DNA from: an uncultured Planctomycetaceae bacterium
GTDB taxonomy: Bacteria; Planctomycetota; Planctomycetia; Isosphaerales; Isosphaeraceae
DNA: 64,000 nucleotides
Assembly (NCBI GenBank): GCA_963833985.1
Contig: CAWIAD010000001.1
Coordinates: 2,848,001-2,912,000 of the forward strand
Reading direction: 5' to 3'
Shown here: in pieces, positions 53,458 through 64,000 of the stretch
Layout of the letters: every line of letters begins with the position of its first letter
How positions within the stretch are numbered: position 1 is the stretch's first letter
Position numbers and translations under genes: made by a program
The notes under the pieces: model-generated
What the model saw: the letters and a program-made list of their open reading frames with translations, nothing else
What the model was told of the DNA's origin: nothing
Databases searched by the model: none

Positions 53458-54721
53458 CAGGGCCAATCACAGTTAGGAGATGCCCAACTTGGTGAAGAGT
53501 TCGCCGACTCGGGCAGCGTTTCTCCTCATGGCCTCCGCGATATTGTTCGCTTGCCACGAGCGCAGCAAACCGATGGCCAGGTTTCGGAACGCTGCCATGA
53601 CCTCTGGCCCAGAGTTCTTGCGGATGCGGCTGGCATCCTCTCCCAGGGTCACGTCGCGTACGTAGTGAGACTTGTTTTCGATCGTCCAATGGCCTCGTGA
53701 CCATTGAAGAAGCCGCTCAGCGCCGGCGACTGCACGCGGCACGCTCGTGATGAAATAGCGAGTCTCCGTCGTGCACTTGCCGTCGCGTTTGACAACCGAC
53801 TCGATCCGACCCACCTGGCTGACACCCGGCCAGTCGAGGTAAGTATTCAGCGCGGTCGTGGCCGTCAGCGTGCGGCGCTCATGGCGGCCGTGCCCTTTGT
53901 CGATCGTCGTCGCCGTGTCCATCGCCTCAAGCCAGAGCCGGCGCTGCCGAGGGGGAAAAAGACCCGTCAGCCTGCGGGGCCATCGCCGCTTGGATGTCGG
54001 CCAGGAGCGTCGGCTGATTGTCTTTGACAACCCAGAGATAATGGCCACCGCTGTCTATGATTTGTCGACTCAGGTCGCGCTGGCAGAACATGGCATCACC
54101 GGTGATCACGCGACCCTCCAGGACCAAGTCCAAGAGCAATTTGAGGGCGGCCTTATGCTCATTGGTCTTATCGACCCCGCCGCGCGGTACCTCGGCTTGG
54201 GCGACCGTCAGCCCTGACTCGTGCGCCACCAGCGAGAGTAGATGGACCGCCTTGCTCAGCCCATCGAAGCTGCCGCGTGCCGACTTGCCATCAAGGGCAA
54301 AAGCTTCAGGGGAACCCGTCTCGGCCGCCGGTAGTCGGCCCATCATGGCGTCGGCCCACCGAGTTAAGGCGGCCTCCAGCGCGGCTGGATCCAAGCTCAT
54401 GAGCACCTTGCGGATCCCGCCGGACTTGGGAGGGCGCCGCGTGAAGCCAAGCCGGTGCATCAGCGCGATGTCATGGTCCTGGGCCCATTGGGCGATCGCC
54501 GCATAGCTGCGGGCTCCGCACATGATGGCGCAACAGGTCAACGCCAGGATCGCTCTAAGCGGATGCTGGCGGCCATGACGGCTGCGAGGGTCCGGAATCT
54601 CGCCGAGGAAATGAAGCAAGCCTAGGAGTGGGGACGCGTCCATGCCATGGCCCTCGTTGGTGTCATCCTGAGCAACGAAGACTTAACTATCTACTCCAGG
54701 CTAAATCTGTCAATAGCCCTG
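53458..54721 (-). mobile_element. ISAs1-family insertion sequence, 1264 bp
   Basis: TIR CAGGGCCAATCACAG / CAGGGCTATTGACAG; 10-bp target duplication GCAGGCCGGC at 53448-53457 and 54722-54731. Confidence 0.92.
53473..54643 (-). CDS. ISAs1 transposase in two frames joined by a +1 shift at TTTTTCCCCC (~53951-53960)
   Basis: IPDPRSRHGRQH, ALDGK, ITGDAMFCQ, VKDNQP; then GHGRHERR, RGHWTIEN, RDVTLGED. Confidence 0.9.
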
Positions 54722-54800
54722 GCAGGCCGGCCGGGCACCGGCGCGAAGTTTGTGGCGGAACCCCCGGGCAATTTCGCCCGGACGCTCTTACGATGGTTTC

Positions 54801-57035
54801 ATGGCCCATCATCACCCACTCACCTGGCCTGGGACGCCCATTTTCGGGCCGGCGTCCATCGTCGTGTTCCTCCTCTTGTTCGGATTATCCAGCCTGCCTG
54901 CCGAGGAGCCCGATCCGCCCGTGATCCCGGTCGGCCTGGACGCGATCCGCGAGTGGGAGCGCTGGCCCGTGCTGCGCATCGGCATGCGCACCGCCATGCG
55001 CAGCACCTATGACCGCTCCGGGGGCAACGAGGGAGCCGACGCCAGCCATTTTCTCTACCAGCAAAGTGACGACCGGAATGTCGTGCTTGACCTTCAAGGC
55101 CCGGGAATCGTCTGCTTCGCGCGGTTCAACCACTGGCATGGCAGCCCATGGACGCATGAGGTCGATGGCCAGGTCCATCTCGTTGGCGAGTCGAGCACGG
55201 CCGACCCCAACCATCCTCCGCTTGCGGCGACATTCCTTCCCGCCGCGCTCTTTCCCGAACCGCTCGCCTTCACCTGGGCCAGGACCCGCGGCGCGGACCT
55301 CTCGTGGGTGCCTGTTCCGTTTGAACAGACTTACCGGCTCTCTTACGGCCGCACGCACTACGGCACGGGCTATTTCATTTACCAGCAGTTCGTGCCCGGC
55401 GCTCGGCTCTCCCGGCCGATTCGCCCCTGGGACTTCCAGACCCCGCCGGCCGCCGACGTGCTCGATCTCCTGGCACACTCAACGGCCGATCTGGTTCCTT
55501 CGAGCAGGTCCGAGCAGGCAAGGCAGATGGGCATGCAAGACGTGACGGGCGTCTGCCTGCTCGCGCAGGGGACGAAGCTTGAGCTCAGCCGGCTGGCCGG
55601 CAAGCCCGGCATGATCCGGGCCATCGAGTTCAGCGCACCCCGAGCGCAGGCACTGGCGCTGGGCCGGACCCGGCTGCGGATCACCTGGGACGACCGCCCC
55701 GAACCGTCGGTCGATGCTCCGCTCGCGCTCTTTCATGGTGCCGGAACGCTCTACAACCGGCACGATCAAGAATTCCTGGTGCGTGCCTTCCCAGTGCACG
55801 TGAAGTTCGACCGCGAGCGCGTTCATCTGGCCTGTTATTTCCCGATGCCCTTCTTCGGCTCGGCTCGGGTCGAGCTGGCGGAAGCGCCCGAATTCTTGAA
55901 TGACGTCAGGTGGTCGCTGCGCTGGACTCCGCTGACCGAGCCCGCCGCGCATCTCGCCTATTTTCATGCCACCTATCGCGATCACCCCACCCCGGTGCCC
56001 GGTGCCGACCTGCTGCTGCTGGACACGACCCAGGTTGAAGGCGGTGGCGACTGGTCGGGCCACTTGGTGGGGACGTCGTTCGTCTTCTCGCACCGGGCCG
56101 TTCTGAACACGCTCGAGGGCGACCCGCGGTTCTACTTTGATGACAGCCTCACGCCCCAGGTGCAGGGGACGGGAACCGAGGAGTGGGGCGGGGGCGGTGA
56201 CTACTGGGGCGGGCGCACCATGACCCTGCCGTTCGCCGGCCATCCCGTCGGGGCGCCCGACGAGCAACGTGCGCAGGGGCCGGAAGACCTCATCGAGTCA
56301 GCCTACCGGTACCTGCTCTCGGACCTGATGCCGTTCGGCAAGAACGCGCGCATCACCCTGGAACACGGCGGCACGAACCAGTCGACCGAGCATTACGAGA
56401 CCCTCGCCTTGTGGTATGGCCGGCCGGGAGCGACCCTGGTGCGAACCGACTCGTTCCAGGTTGGCGATGCCTCCAGCGAGACCGCGCATGGCTACCAGTC
56501 GCCCGTGGCAAGCCCGGTCTACGAGATTCGCTCGCGTTTCGAGTGGGGCGTGGACCACCTGGGAGGACGCGAGATCTTCCCGGCTCGGGTCGAGCGGGGC
56601 CGGACCACCACGGGCAGCTCCGAGTTCACGCTCAAGCTCGATCCGAAGAACGTGGGCGTGATGCTCCGGCGGCGGCTCGACTACGCCTTCCCGGACCAGC
56701 GCGCGGAGATCGACGTGGCCGATGTGCGCCCGGGCGAGCCGGACTGGAAACGCGCGGGGACGTGGTACCTGGCCGGCTCGAACACGTGCGTTTATTCGAA
56801 CCCGCGCGAAGAGCTCGGCCAGACGCAGCACATCGCGCAGACGTCGAACCGCCGGCTCCGTGAGGATGAATTCCTGCTGCCGCTCGAGCTCACGCGCGGC
56901 CGGTCCGTCATCCGGGTGCGGGCTCGGTTCACGCCTGTCGCGCGCCCCCTCTATCCAGGCCATCCCATCCCGCCCCTGGCCTGGAGCGAGATTCGCTATG
57001 ATGCCTATAGCTTTGTCATGCCACGCCCGGGATGA
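54801..57035 (+). CDS. DUF2961 (GH172-like) domain secreted protein
   Basis: STYDRSGGNEGAD, LRITWD, LEGDPRFYFD, GTGTEEW, LEHG; start uncertain. Confidence 0.75.
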   Translation: MAHHHPLTWPGTPIFGPASIVVFLLLFGLSSLPAEEPDPPVIPVGLDAIREWERWPVLRIGMRTAMRSTYDRSGGNEGADASHFLYQQSDDRNVVLDLQGPGIVCFARFNHWHGSPWTHEVDGQVHLVGESSTADPNHPPLAATFLPAALFPEPLAFTWARTRGADLSWVPVPFEQTYRLSYGRTHYGTGYFIYQQFVPGARLSRPIRPWDFQTPPAADVLDLLAHSTADLVPSSRSEQARQMGMQDVTGVCLLAQGTKLELSRLAGKPGMIRAIEFSAPRAQALALGRTRLRITWDDRPEPSVDAPLALFHGAGTLYNRHDQEFLVRAFPVHVKFDRERVHLACYFPMPFFGSARVELAEAPEFLNDVRWSLRWTPLTEPAAHLAYFHATYRDHPTPVPGADLLLLDTTQVEGGGDWSGHLVGTSFVFSHRAVLNTLEGDPRFYFDDSLTPQVQGTGTEEWGGGGDYWGGRTMTLPFAGHPVGAPDEQRAQGPEDLIESAYRYLLSDLMPFGKNARITLEHGGTNQSTEHYETLALWYGRPGATLVRTDSFQVGDASSETAHGYQSPVASPVYEIRSRFEWGVDHLGGREIFPARVERGRTTTGSSEFTLKLDPKNVGVMLRRRLDYAFPDQRAEIDVADVRPGEPDWKRAGTWYLAGSNTCVYSNPREELGQTQHIAQTSNRRLREDEFLLPLELTRGRSVIRVRARFTPVARPLYPGHPIPPLAWSEIRYDAYSFVMPRPG

Positions 57036-57219
57036 GCCGTTGCCGCCGTGAAGAATGAACGCGTCGGCGGTAAGATCGTCTCGAGAGTGTCCTCGAGGCA
57101 CGTTCATTGCCCCGCTGGGCGAGAGTCGCTTGAATGAGCCGGGCCAATACGTCGAGCACGGAACCTGGCATGTCCCCAGACGCCTCCCGAACCACGGGAC
57201 CGGGCGCAATTATTGGTCT

Positions 57220-57549
57220 ACCGAACGATACAACGCAGCTTGCGCCGCAGTATTCGCAGCCGCCGGGCAAGGCAAGGATGAACCGCAACCCGATGACGCA
57301 GCAAGGGCGAAGCTACGCCAGCAGGCATTGGGCTGGCTGAAGGCCGACCTGCTGGCACTGCCCGAATTACCCCGGCGATCAGTCCCACAAGAGGTGCGCT
57401 GGCCGAATCAGTGGAAGCGAGACCCCGACCTCGCGGGAGTTCGTGACGCCGATGCGCTGGCGAAGCTGCCTGCCGACGAGCAGCGTGAGTGGCGGGCACT
57501 CTGGGCAGAGATTGATTCGGTCCGGAAGCGCGCGGAGAGTTCGCAGTAG
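57220..57549 (+). pseudogene. Orphan C-terminal fragment of a planctomycete kinase/TPR protein
   Basis: RYNAACAA...RQQALGWLKADL...DPDLAGVRD...LPADEQREWRALWAEID with no credible N-terminus. Confidence 0.6.
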
Positions 57550-57650
57550 GAACGTGAAGATGACCATGGCTTTCCGTCCGACCTTTGAGATCGGTGATGC
57601 CCGTCAGGGGCAGGAGACATGTTTCCCAGGCAAGGAGAGGCAGATCCCCC

Positions 57651-58425
57651 ATGCTCGGAGCCATCGCCGGGGACATCATCGGCTCGGTCTACGAGGCGCG
57701 CCCCATCAAGACAACCCGTTTTCGCCTCTTCCACCCGTTGTGCCGGTTCACCGACGACACGGTGCTCACGGTTGCCCTGGCGGACAGCTTGCTGCATGGT
57801 GCCGCCTTACGTCGGGCTTTTGAAGCAGTACTACCGGGCTTACCCACACGCCGGCTACGGCGGCTCCTTCCATAAGTGGGCGCAGTCGGAAGATCCGCGG
57901 CCTTACAATAGCTGGGGCAACGGCTCGGCGATGAGGGTCAGTCCGGTCGGCTTCGCTTGCGCCACCCTGGACGAGGTGCTGTCGCAGGCGCAGCGAAGTG
58001 CCGAGGTGACACACGATCACCCGGAGGGGATCAAGGGAGCGCAGGCGATCGCCTCGGCGGTCTTCCTTGCCCGCACCGGTCAGAGCAAGGATCAGCTCAA
58101 GGCTTACGTGGAGCAGACCTTCGGATACAACCTCGACAGGTCGCTGGATGAGATCCGTCCCAGGTACCAGTTCGAGGTCTCTTGCCAGAAATCGGTGCCG
58201 CAGGCGATCCGGGCGTTCCTGGAATCGGAAGACTTCGAGGACGCCGTGCGCAAGGCCATCTCGTTGGGCGGCGACAGCGACACCCTGGCCTGCATGGCCG
58301 GAGCGATCGCCCAGGCGTTTTTCGGCGGCGTTCCGGAGGCAATCAGCAGTCGCGTCTACGAGCTGCTCGACGACCGGCTGGGCACAGTGACCCGCAAGTT
58401 TACCGAGTCGTTCGGCTGCTCGTGA
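57651..58425 (+). CDS. ADP-ribosylglycohydrolase (DraG/ARH family), frameshift near 57800
   Basis: MLGAIAGDIIGSVYE, FTDDT; then GNGSAMRVSP, THDHPEG, GGDSDT. Confidence 0.9.
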
Positions 58426-58663
58426 GGATAGCGTTCCTCGCAGGGACTCTCGTGCACGAAGGGCGATCCGGGGCAAAGCTCTCGCCCTGGTGCGGACTCA
58501 ACAATTCACCTGTGATCCACAACGTCTTGAAAGAGTTCTCCATCTCCGCCAGGACGTGGTGTGCCTTCCGGGGCCATGGGAACGGGCGTTGACGCCAGGC
58601 AATGACAGCCTTAGGCTCAGTACCGTTGAAATAGCACTAACGAAAAGGGGCAAGAGGCTTGCG

Positions 58664-58801
58664 ACAGACTTGTTCCCACGCTCTGCGTGGGAACACTGGT
58701 CGGGACGCTCGGCGTCCCATGGATTTCCCAGCCTGAGCACGGGCCCAAACCACGCGGAGCGTGGCGGACGGCATTCCCACGCGGAGCGTGGGAACGAGGG
58801 A
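58664..58801. repeat. REPIN-like element, inverted copy of 33756-33893
   Basis: GTTCCCACGCTCTGCGTGGGAAC ... GCATTCCCACGCGGAGCGTGGGAACGA. Confidence 0.85.
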
Positions 58802-58862
58802 CAAACCTATGCCTGTACTCAACTTATCTCTATTCCAACGGTATTGGCTTTAGGCTGCATCC

Positions 58863-59432
58863 ATGGGCTTTGAAGTCGAGGTCAAGTATCGTGCGGTCGA
58901 TCATGACCGGCTTGCTCGCCAGCTGGCGGAGCTGGGCGCGGTTGCCGGGCCGGTGATCGACCAGGAAGACGTCTATCTCAGCCACCCGGCGCGGGATTTC
59001 GCACGGACCAACGAGGCCTTTCGCATTCGCAGGATGGGCGACGACAACCGGATCACGTACAAGGGACCCAGGCGGGCCGGGCCGACGAAGACGCGCGAGG
59101 AGATCGAGATCGGCTTCACATCGGGTCATGAGCCGTTCCTCGGGCTCTTGAAGCTGTTCGAGAACCTGGGTTTCAGCCCCGTGGCCACGGTTCGCAAGCG
59201 CAGGGAGAGCTTTCAGGTGACTTTCCTGGGCCACCACCTGGAGATCGCCCTGGACAGCGCCGAAGGGCTCGGGGCGTTTGCGGAGATCGAGACATTCGCC
59301 AGGGACGAGGCCGACCTGGCTGCCGCGCAGGATGCCGTGCTGGTGCTGGCCGGCCGGCTCGGTCTGACCGAGATCGAACCCCGCTCGTACCTCAGGATGG
59401 TCCTCGATCGTAAGCACGCACCTCCAGGATGA
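58863..59432 (+). CDS. cyaB: CYTH domain protein (class IV adenylate cyclase-like)
   Basis: EVEVKY, QEDVY, FRIR, TYKGP, VRKRR, EIE, SYL. Confidence 0.85.
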   Translation: MGFEVEVKYRAVDHDRLARQLAELGAVAGPVIDQEDVYLSHPARDFARTNEAFRIRRMGDDNRITYKGPRRAGPTKTREEIEIGFTSGHEPFLGLLKLFENLGFSPVATVRKRRESFQVTFLGHHLEIALDSAEGLGAFAEIETFARDEADLAAAQDAVLVLAGRLGLTEIEPRSYLRMVLDRKHAPPG

Positions 59433-59438
59433 TTGACC

Positions 59439-60449
59439 ATGCTCGTCGTGATGCAAAGCCATGCCACGCCCGTTCAGATCGATCGCGTGCTGGATGTGAT
59501 TCGAGAGATGGGACTGGCGCCGCACGCCATGCCCGGGCCCACGCGAACGGCCATCGGCATCACGGGCAACACCGGCGCGGTGGATCCGCACGTCCTGGCG
59601 GTGCTTCCCGGGGTCCTGGAGCTGATCCGGGTCACCAAGCCCTACAAGCTGGCCAGCCGCGAGATGCACCAGCATGACACCGTGATCTCGCTGCCGCAGG
59701 GAACGATCGGCGGCTCCCGCCCGGTGATCATCGCCGGCCCCTGCGCGGTGGAGAACGAGGAGACGCTCTTGCGGACGGCGGACTGGTTGATGGAGCGCGG
59801 GGTCCGGTTCCTGCGTGCCGGCGCGTTCAAACCGCGGACCAGCCCTTACGCCTTCCAGGGCCTGGGACTGGAAGGCCTGGAAATCCTTCGCAGAGCGCGC
59901 CAGAAGACCGGGATCGCCATCGTCACCGAGCTCATGGACACCGAGCACGCCGACGCGGTGGAAGACGCGGCCGATATCATCCAGATTGGCACGCGCAACA
60001 TGCAGAACCATAGCCTGCTGCGGCGAGTGTCACGCGCCCGCAAGCCGGTCCTGCTGAAGCGCGGGATGTCGGCCACGCTCGAGGAATGGCTCATGTCCGC
60101 CGAGTACGTCCTGGCCGGTGGAAATTACGAGGTGATGCTCTGCGAGCGCGGCGTGCGCACGTTCTCGGATCACAGCCGCAACACGCTCGACCTGTCGGTG
60201 ATTCCGCCGGTCCGGAAGCTCTCGCACCTGCCCATCCTGGTCGACCCCAGCCACGGCACGGGCAAGCGCGAGGACGTTCCGCCGATGGCTCTGGCCGCCC
60301 TGGCCGCTGGCGCGCACGGACTGCTGATCGAGGTGCACCCTGACCCCGACCATGCGCTCTCCGACGGGGCCCAGTCGCTGGATTTCCCCAGCTTCGAGCG
60401 CCTGCTGGAACAGCTCCGGAAGCTGGCGGACTTCCTGCTCAGTCCGTGA
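59439..60449 (+). CDS. aroF: DAHP synthase, type I-beta
   Basis: IAGPCAVE, AFKPRTSPYAFQG, IGTRNMQN, LCERG, VDPSHGTG. Confidence 0.95.
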   Translation: MLVVMQSHATPVQIDRVLDVIREMGLAPHAMPGPTRTAIGITGNTGAVDPHVLAVLPGVLELIRVTKPYKLASREMHQHDTVISLPQGTIGGSRPVIIAGPCAVENEETLLRTADWLMERGVRFLRAGAFKPRTSPYAFQGLGLEGLEILRRARQKTGIAIVTELMDTEHADAVEDAADIIQIGTRNMQNHSLLRRVSRARKPVLLKRGMSATLEEWLMSAEYVLAGGNYEVMLCERGVRTFSDHSRNTLDLSVIPPVRKLSHLPILVDPSHGTGKREDVPPMALAALAAGAHGLLIEVHPDPDHALSDGAQSLDFPSFERLLEQLRKLADFLLSP

Positions 60450-61683
60450 GTTCGGGCAGTTCCAGCGCCTCGTGCTCGCGAGCGCCTGCCTCGTGGGGGC
60501 CCCGATAAACGGCCTTGCGCCCGCCCTGCGAGTTCAACCAGGCCACGATGCTTTCCGCGGCACGCTGGCTGGCGCCTGGACGGGCCACGCGATGCCGCAG
60601 CGCGGCGAGGTTGGCCGTGGTCCGTGCGCGCGCCAGCGGGTCGTCGAGCCAGGTCTGCGCCCACTGCGCCAGCTCGCCGGAGACGTCATGCACGGTGAGG
60701 TACTCGGGCATCAATTCGGCGTCCGCCAGCAGGTTGACCAGGGTGATGTACCTGGCCTTGATGAACGGCCGGGCGATCCAGAGATCGAACCGGTTGAGCT
60801 TGTAGAGGATCACCGTGGGCAGCGCATCCATCATCAATTCGAGGCTCACCGAGCCGGAAACGGCCCAGGCGGCGTCGGCCAGGCGGATGAGCTCGCCGGT
60901 GCGGGCGGCAAAGACCTCGATCCTGGGCGCCGTCGAGTCCTCGCTCTGGAGGCCGGCAGCCCGGATGACCTGCTCGGCCAGCTCGCGATGTCGTTCATGC
61001 AGGCAAGCCACGGCGAACCGCGTGTCCGGACGGGCCCGTGCCAGCCTGGCCGCGGCGCGGACCATGATCGGCAGATTCCGGGTCAGCTCCTGGGTCCGCG
61101 AGCCGGGCAGAATGGCCACCAGCGGACGCCCGGCGCACTGGGACTTCATTGACTCCATGAACGTCTCATCGAGCTCCCGCTCGGAAAGCTCGTCGAAGTA
61201 AGGGTGGCCGACGTATTCGGCTTGCGGCACGCCGCGCGTGGTACCAGGCGGGCTCGAACGGCAGGCTGCACAGCACCAGGTCCACATCGCGCTGGACTTT
61301 CTTGACACGCCAGCCGGCCCAGGCCCAGATCTGGGGAGGAACGTAATAGAACACGGGCACGCCGCGCGCCGGGCGCGTCTGGCCAGCCACCAGTGCAAGC
61401 CCGGGTAGTCCACAAGCACCAGCGCATCGGGCTTCTGGTCGCGGAAAAAACGATCCGCCAGCATGATCAGACGGATGAAGGTGATGATGTTCAGGAGCAC
61501 GTTGAGAAACCACATCACCGCCAGGTTCACCAGGGGATAGAGCAGCCTGGCACCCCCCGCGCTCATCTTGGGCCCGCCGAAACCGACGAACTCGGCATCG
61601 GGGATGCGCATGCGCAGGGCTTCCATCAGGTTCGCGGCGTGGAGGTCGCCGCTCGGCTCGCCAGCCGAGATGAAGATCGTCAT
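60439..61683 (-). CDS. lpxB: Lipid-A-disaccharide synthase, with two compensating frameshifts (~61375 and ~61228)
   Basis: ISAGEPSGDLH, VDYPG, VGHP, LPGSR; the YYVPPQIWAW...LPFE segment lies in another frame. Confidence 0.92.
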   Translation of the reverse strand: MTIFISAGEPSGDLHAANLMEALRMRIPDAEFVGFGGPKMSAGGARLLYPLVNLAVMWFLNVLLNIITFIRLIMLADRFFRDQKPDALVLVDYPGLHWWLARRARRAACPCSITFLPRSGPGPAGVSRKSSAMWTWCCAACRSSPPGTTRGVPQAEYVGHPYFDELSERELDETFMESMKSQCAGRPLVAILPGSRTQELTRNLPIMVRAAARLARARPDTRFAVACLHERHRELAEQVIRAAGLQSEDSTAPRIEVFAARTGELIRLADAAWAVSGSVSLELMMDALPTVILYKLNRFDLWIARPFIKARYITLVNLLADAELMPEYLTVHDVSGELAQWAQTWLDDPLARARTTANLAALRHRVARPGASQRAAESIVAWLNSQGGRKAVYRGPHEAGAREHEALELPELTD

Positions 61684-61890
61684 GGTCAGGCCTCGCTTCC
61701 GTGCTGGGAGAAGTTGAACCGCGCGCGGAGACCCCGTCATCGTGGCCGGTCTTGAACTGCGGCCAACCTGGCATCCTCAATCTGCTGCGGCGAAACCTAG
61801 CAGAAAGGGTGAGGTCTGAGAAGGCAAATCGGCCCTCCGACGGGGGGCCGGCCAGAGGTCTCTACCGCGTGCTTGCTCTGGGGCGGCCCG

Positions 61891-63359
61891 TCACGGAGTG
61901 ACTGGAGAAGAAGCGGGTGCGGACACAGCGCCGTTCTCCGGATCGGCGTCGTCCGGCAGGTTCAATTCCTTGATCCTGCGGTAGAGCCGGGGACGGGAAA
62001 TACCCAGCAGCTCCGCGGCCCTGGATTTGTTCTGCCGGGCGCGGGACAGTGCGTTCTCGATCATCCGGCGCTCGATCTCGGTCAGGAGGTTGTCCAGGGG
62101 CTTGACGGGCGAGTCGGGAACCGGAGGCAGGTAGGCCGCGCCCCGGTGTCCGCGGATGGTTGCGGGAAGGTCGTCCACGTCGAGCAGGTCCATCGGCCCA
62201 TCCTCGCGATGGCGCGCACGCACCAGCTCGTGCGCCGTGTCGATGGCACGGGCCAGCTCGCTCAGGTTTCCCGGCCAGTCATACTTCTCGAGGACCGCGG
62301 ATGCCTCCGGAGTGAAGCCCCCGCAGGTCGCGCCGGTGCGCTGGTTGCGCGCTCGAGAAACCACTGCGCCAGCAGGGGCACGTCCTGGCGTCGATCGCGG
62401 AGTGGCAGGGTGCGCAGAACCAGGGCGCTGAGGCCGTAGTAGAGTGCGGGATGAAGCCGCTCTTGCGCCATCGCGGTTTCGGGGTCTCCCGAAGTGGTGG
62501 CGATCAGCCGCACGGGACCGTCGAGCACGCTGGCGAGCCGGGCCTGGAGGTCGCGTGGCAAGGCCAGCACGTCGCTGATCAGGAGCGTCGAGCCCGCAGC
62601 CAGCGACAGCCGGCCTGGCAAGGAGGCTGTCGGGGCGCCATCGTGGTCCTCACCGGCCTCTGGTGGGTGTGTCCCAAAGAGCTGCCGCTCGATGACCCCG
62701 GCCGGGAGGGCCTCGCAGTCGATCGCCACGAGCGCATGGCCGCGGCTGGCTCCCAGGTGATGGATGACGCGTGCCAGGTATTTTTTCCCGGTTCCGGGCT
62801 CACCCACGATGAGCACCGCGGCTGAAGAATTCGCGGCCAGGCGAACCTGGTCAAGAATCCGCAGGTGCGCCGGGCCCGTGCCGACGAGCGACTCGCTGCC
62901 GTGCGACGCCTGGAGCCTCTGCCGCAGTTCCATCAGGCGGACCCGCAGCGCGGACGCTCGTGAGTCGGCCACGCTTGGGGGTGCGGCTGCCTCGCGAACC
63001 TGGCCCAGCAGGCCGATGAGCGCACCGGAGCGGTCGCGCACCGGCCAGAACTCGACCCGCTTCCAGAGCCGCTCGCCACTGGCCTGGACAATGGTGGTCA
63101 AGCTTCCCGTCGGCTGGCCGTCGATCGCCTCCGGCGGTGGAACGAAGCTGGCGGCCACATCGGCGGGTTCCGTACCATCCGCAGGGGCATACGCCGCACA
63201 GGTCTGGCCAAGAATGACTTCCGCCGGGTGTCCTGTCAGCTCTTCCCAGGCGCGGTTCACCCAGGCGAAGCGCAGCCCCTGGTCGAGCCAGAACAACGGC
63301 TCTTGCGCGTGCTGCCAGAGCTGATCCGGTTTGAAGGCCGTAGCGCGTGGAGGCGCCAT
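61891..63359 (-). CDS. PAS-AAA+-Fis HTH transcriptional regulator (NtrC-like, degenerate), frameshift near 62345
   Basis: PAS N-terminus, GEPGTGK, PLRDRRQDV, YDWPGN, NKSRAAELLGISRPRLYRR. Confidence 0.85.
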
Positions 63360-63523
63360 GAAATGTGCCTTAACCTGGTAGTAAGGGAGAGGCGGCCCGG
63401 GCTTCAGCCGCCGGATCGATCCCGCATCGGGTCGTGATTCGACGATCCTCACCAACCTCGGGACTTCCGTTCCGCTCAACATCGCTCTGCCGGCTGCCGA
63501 AGGCAAGAAAAAAGCGAGGAACC

Positions 63524-64000
63524 ATGAACAAGCCCCGGACCAATCGCGTGATCGATCGCCCCCCCGGGCGGATGGTCGCCCTGGATGGCGGTACATCGAA
63601 CACCCGTGCCCGGTTGCTCGTTGACGGCCGGATCGTGGCGACGGCCCGGCGCGCGATCGGTGTGCGGGACACGGTGCTGGACGCCGGATCGGCACGGGGA
63701 AGGCTTGCCGATGCGGTCAGGGAGGTGATCGCCGAGGTCTTCGCTCACGCCGCGGGGCAGGGAGAGGGACCGCCTTCACCCGATGATGACTGTCTCATCG
63801 TCGCGGCCGGGATGCTCTCGTCCGAGGCCGGGCTGCACGAGGTGCCGCACGTCGTTGCGCCGGCGGGAGTGGCCGAGCTCGCCGGCGGCGTGGTCACGCA
63901 CGATTTCCCGGAGATCTGCCCCTGGCCCATTCACTTCATACCGGGAATACGCACCCCCGCGGAGGCGGGCGCTCTCGGCTGGACCCACGCCGACGTCATG
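63524..64000 (+). CDS. dgoK: 2-keto-3-deoxy-galactonokinase (partial, runs off the window)
   Basis: VALDGGTSNTRARL, IGVRDT, AAGMLSSEAGLHEVPHVVAPAG, FIPG. Confidence 0.75.
   Translation, partial: MNKPRTNRVIDRPPGRMVALDGGTSNTRARLLVDGRIVATARRAIGVRDTVLDAGSARGRLADAVREVIAEVFAHAAGQGEGPPSPDDDCLIVAAGMLSSEAGLHEVPHVVAPAGVAELAGGVVTHDFPEICPWPIHFIPGIRTPAEAGALGWTHADVM

Overview
GC-rich bacterial DNA, almost certainly a planctomycete of the Isosphaeraceae/Gemmataceae type (DUF1501, DUF4058, ASPIC/UnbV, PEP-CTERM and TPR-Ser/Thr kinase genes). Core genes lie at the right: rpsB-tsf-pyrH-frr-tRNA-Val(GAC), then cyaB-like, aroF, lpxB, a PAS/AAA+ regulator and a partial dgoK. The middle is accessory: an ABC transporter with an OmpA-fused binding protein, an RND pump, glycoside hydrolases, a peroxiredoxin-kinase fusion and VapBC. 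Mobile DNA comprises two near-identical 922-bp IS5/IS1031-like elements, one ISAs1, a 207-bp MITE, a RAYT-like HUH transposase and at least four REP-like families. The most striking structure is two parallel loci (about 1.5-4.0 kb and 45.8-49.0 kb). Each has the same palindromic repeat, then a 'stuttered' pyrimidine-rich array anchored on TGCATGTCCT, then a self-promoted HigBA-type cassette. Only the right locus carries the HUH transposase, which suggests an HUH-driven cassette-capture element and a non-autonomous copy. About ten genes, including lpxB, are frameshifted, most likely through sequencing error. All calls come from reading the sequence by eye; no searches were run.
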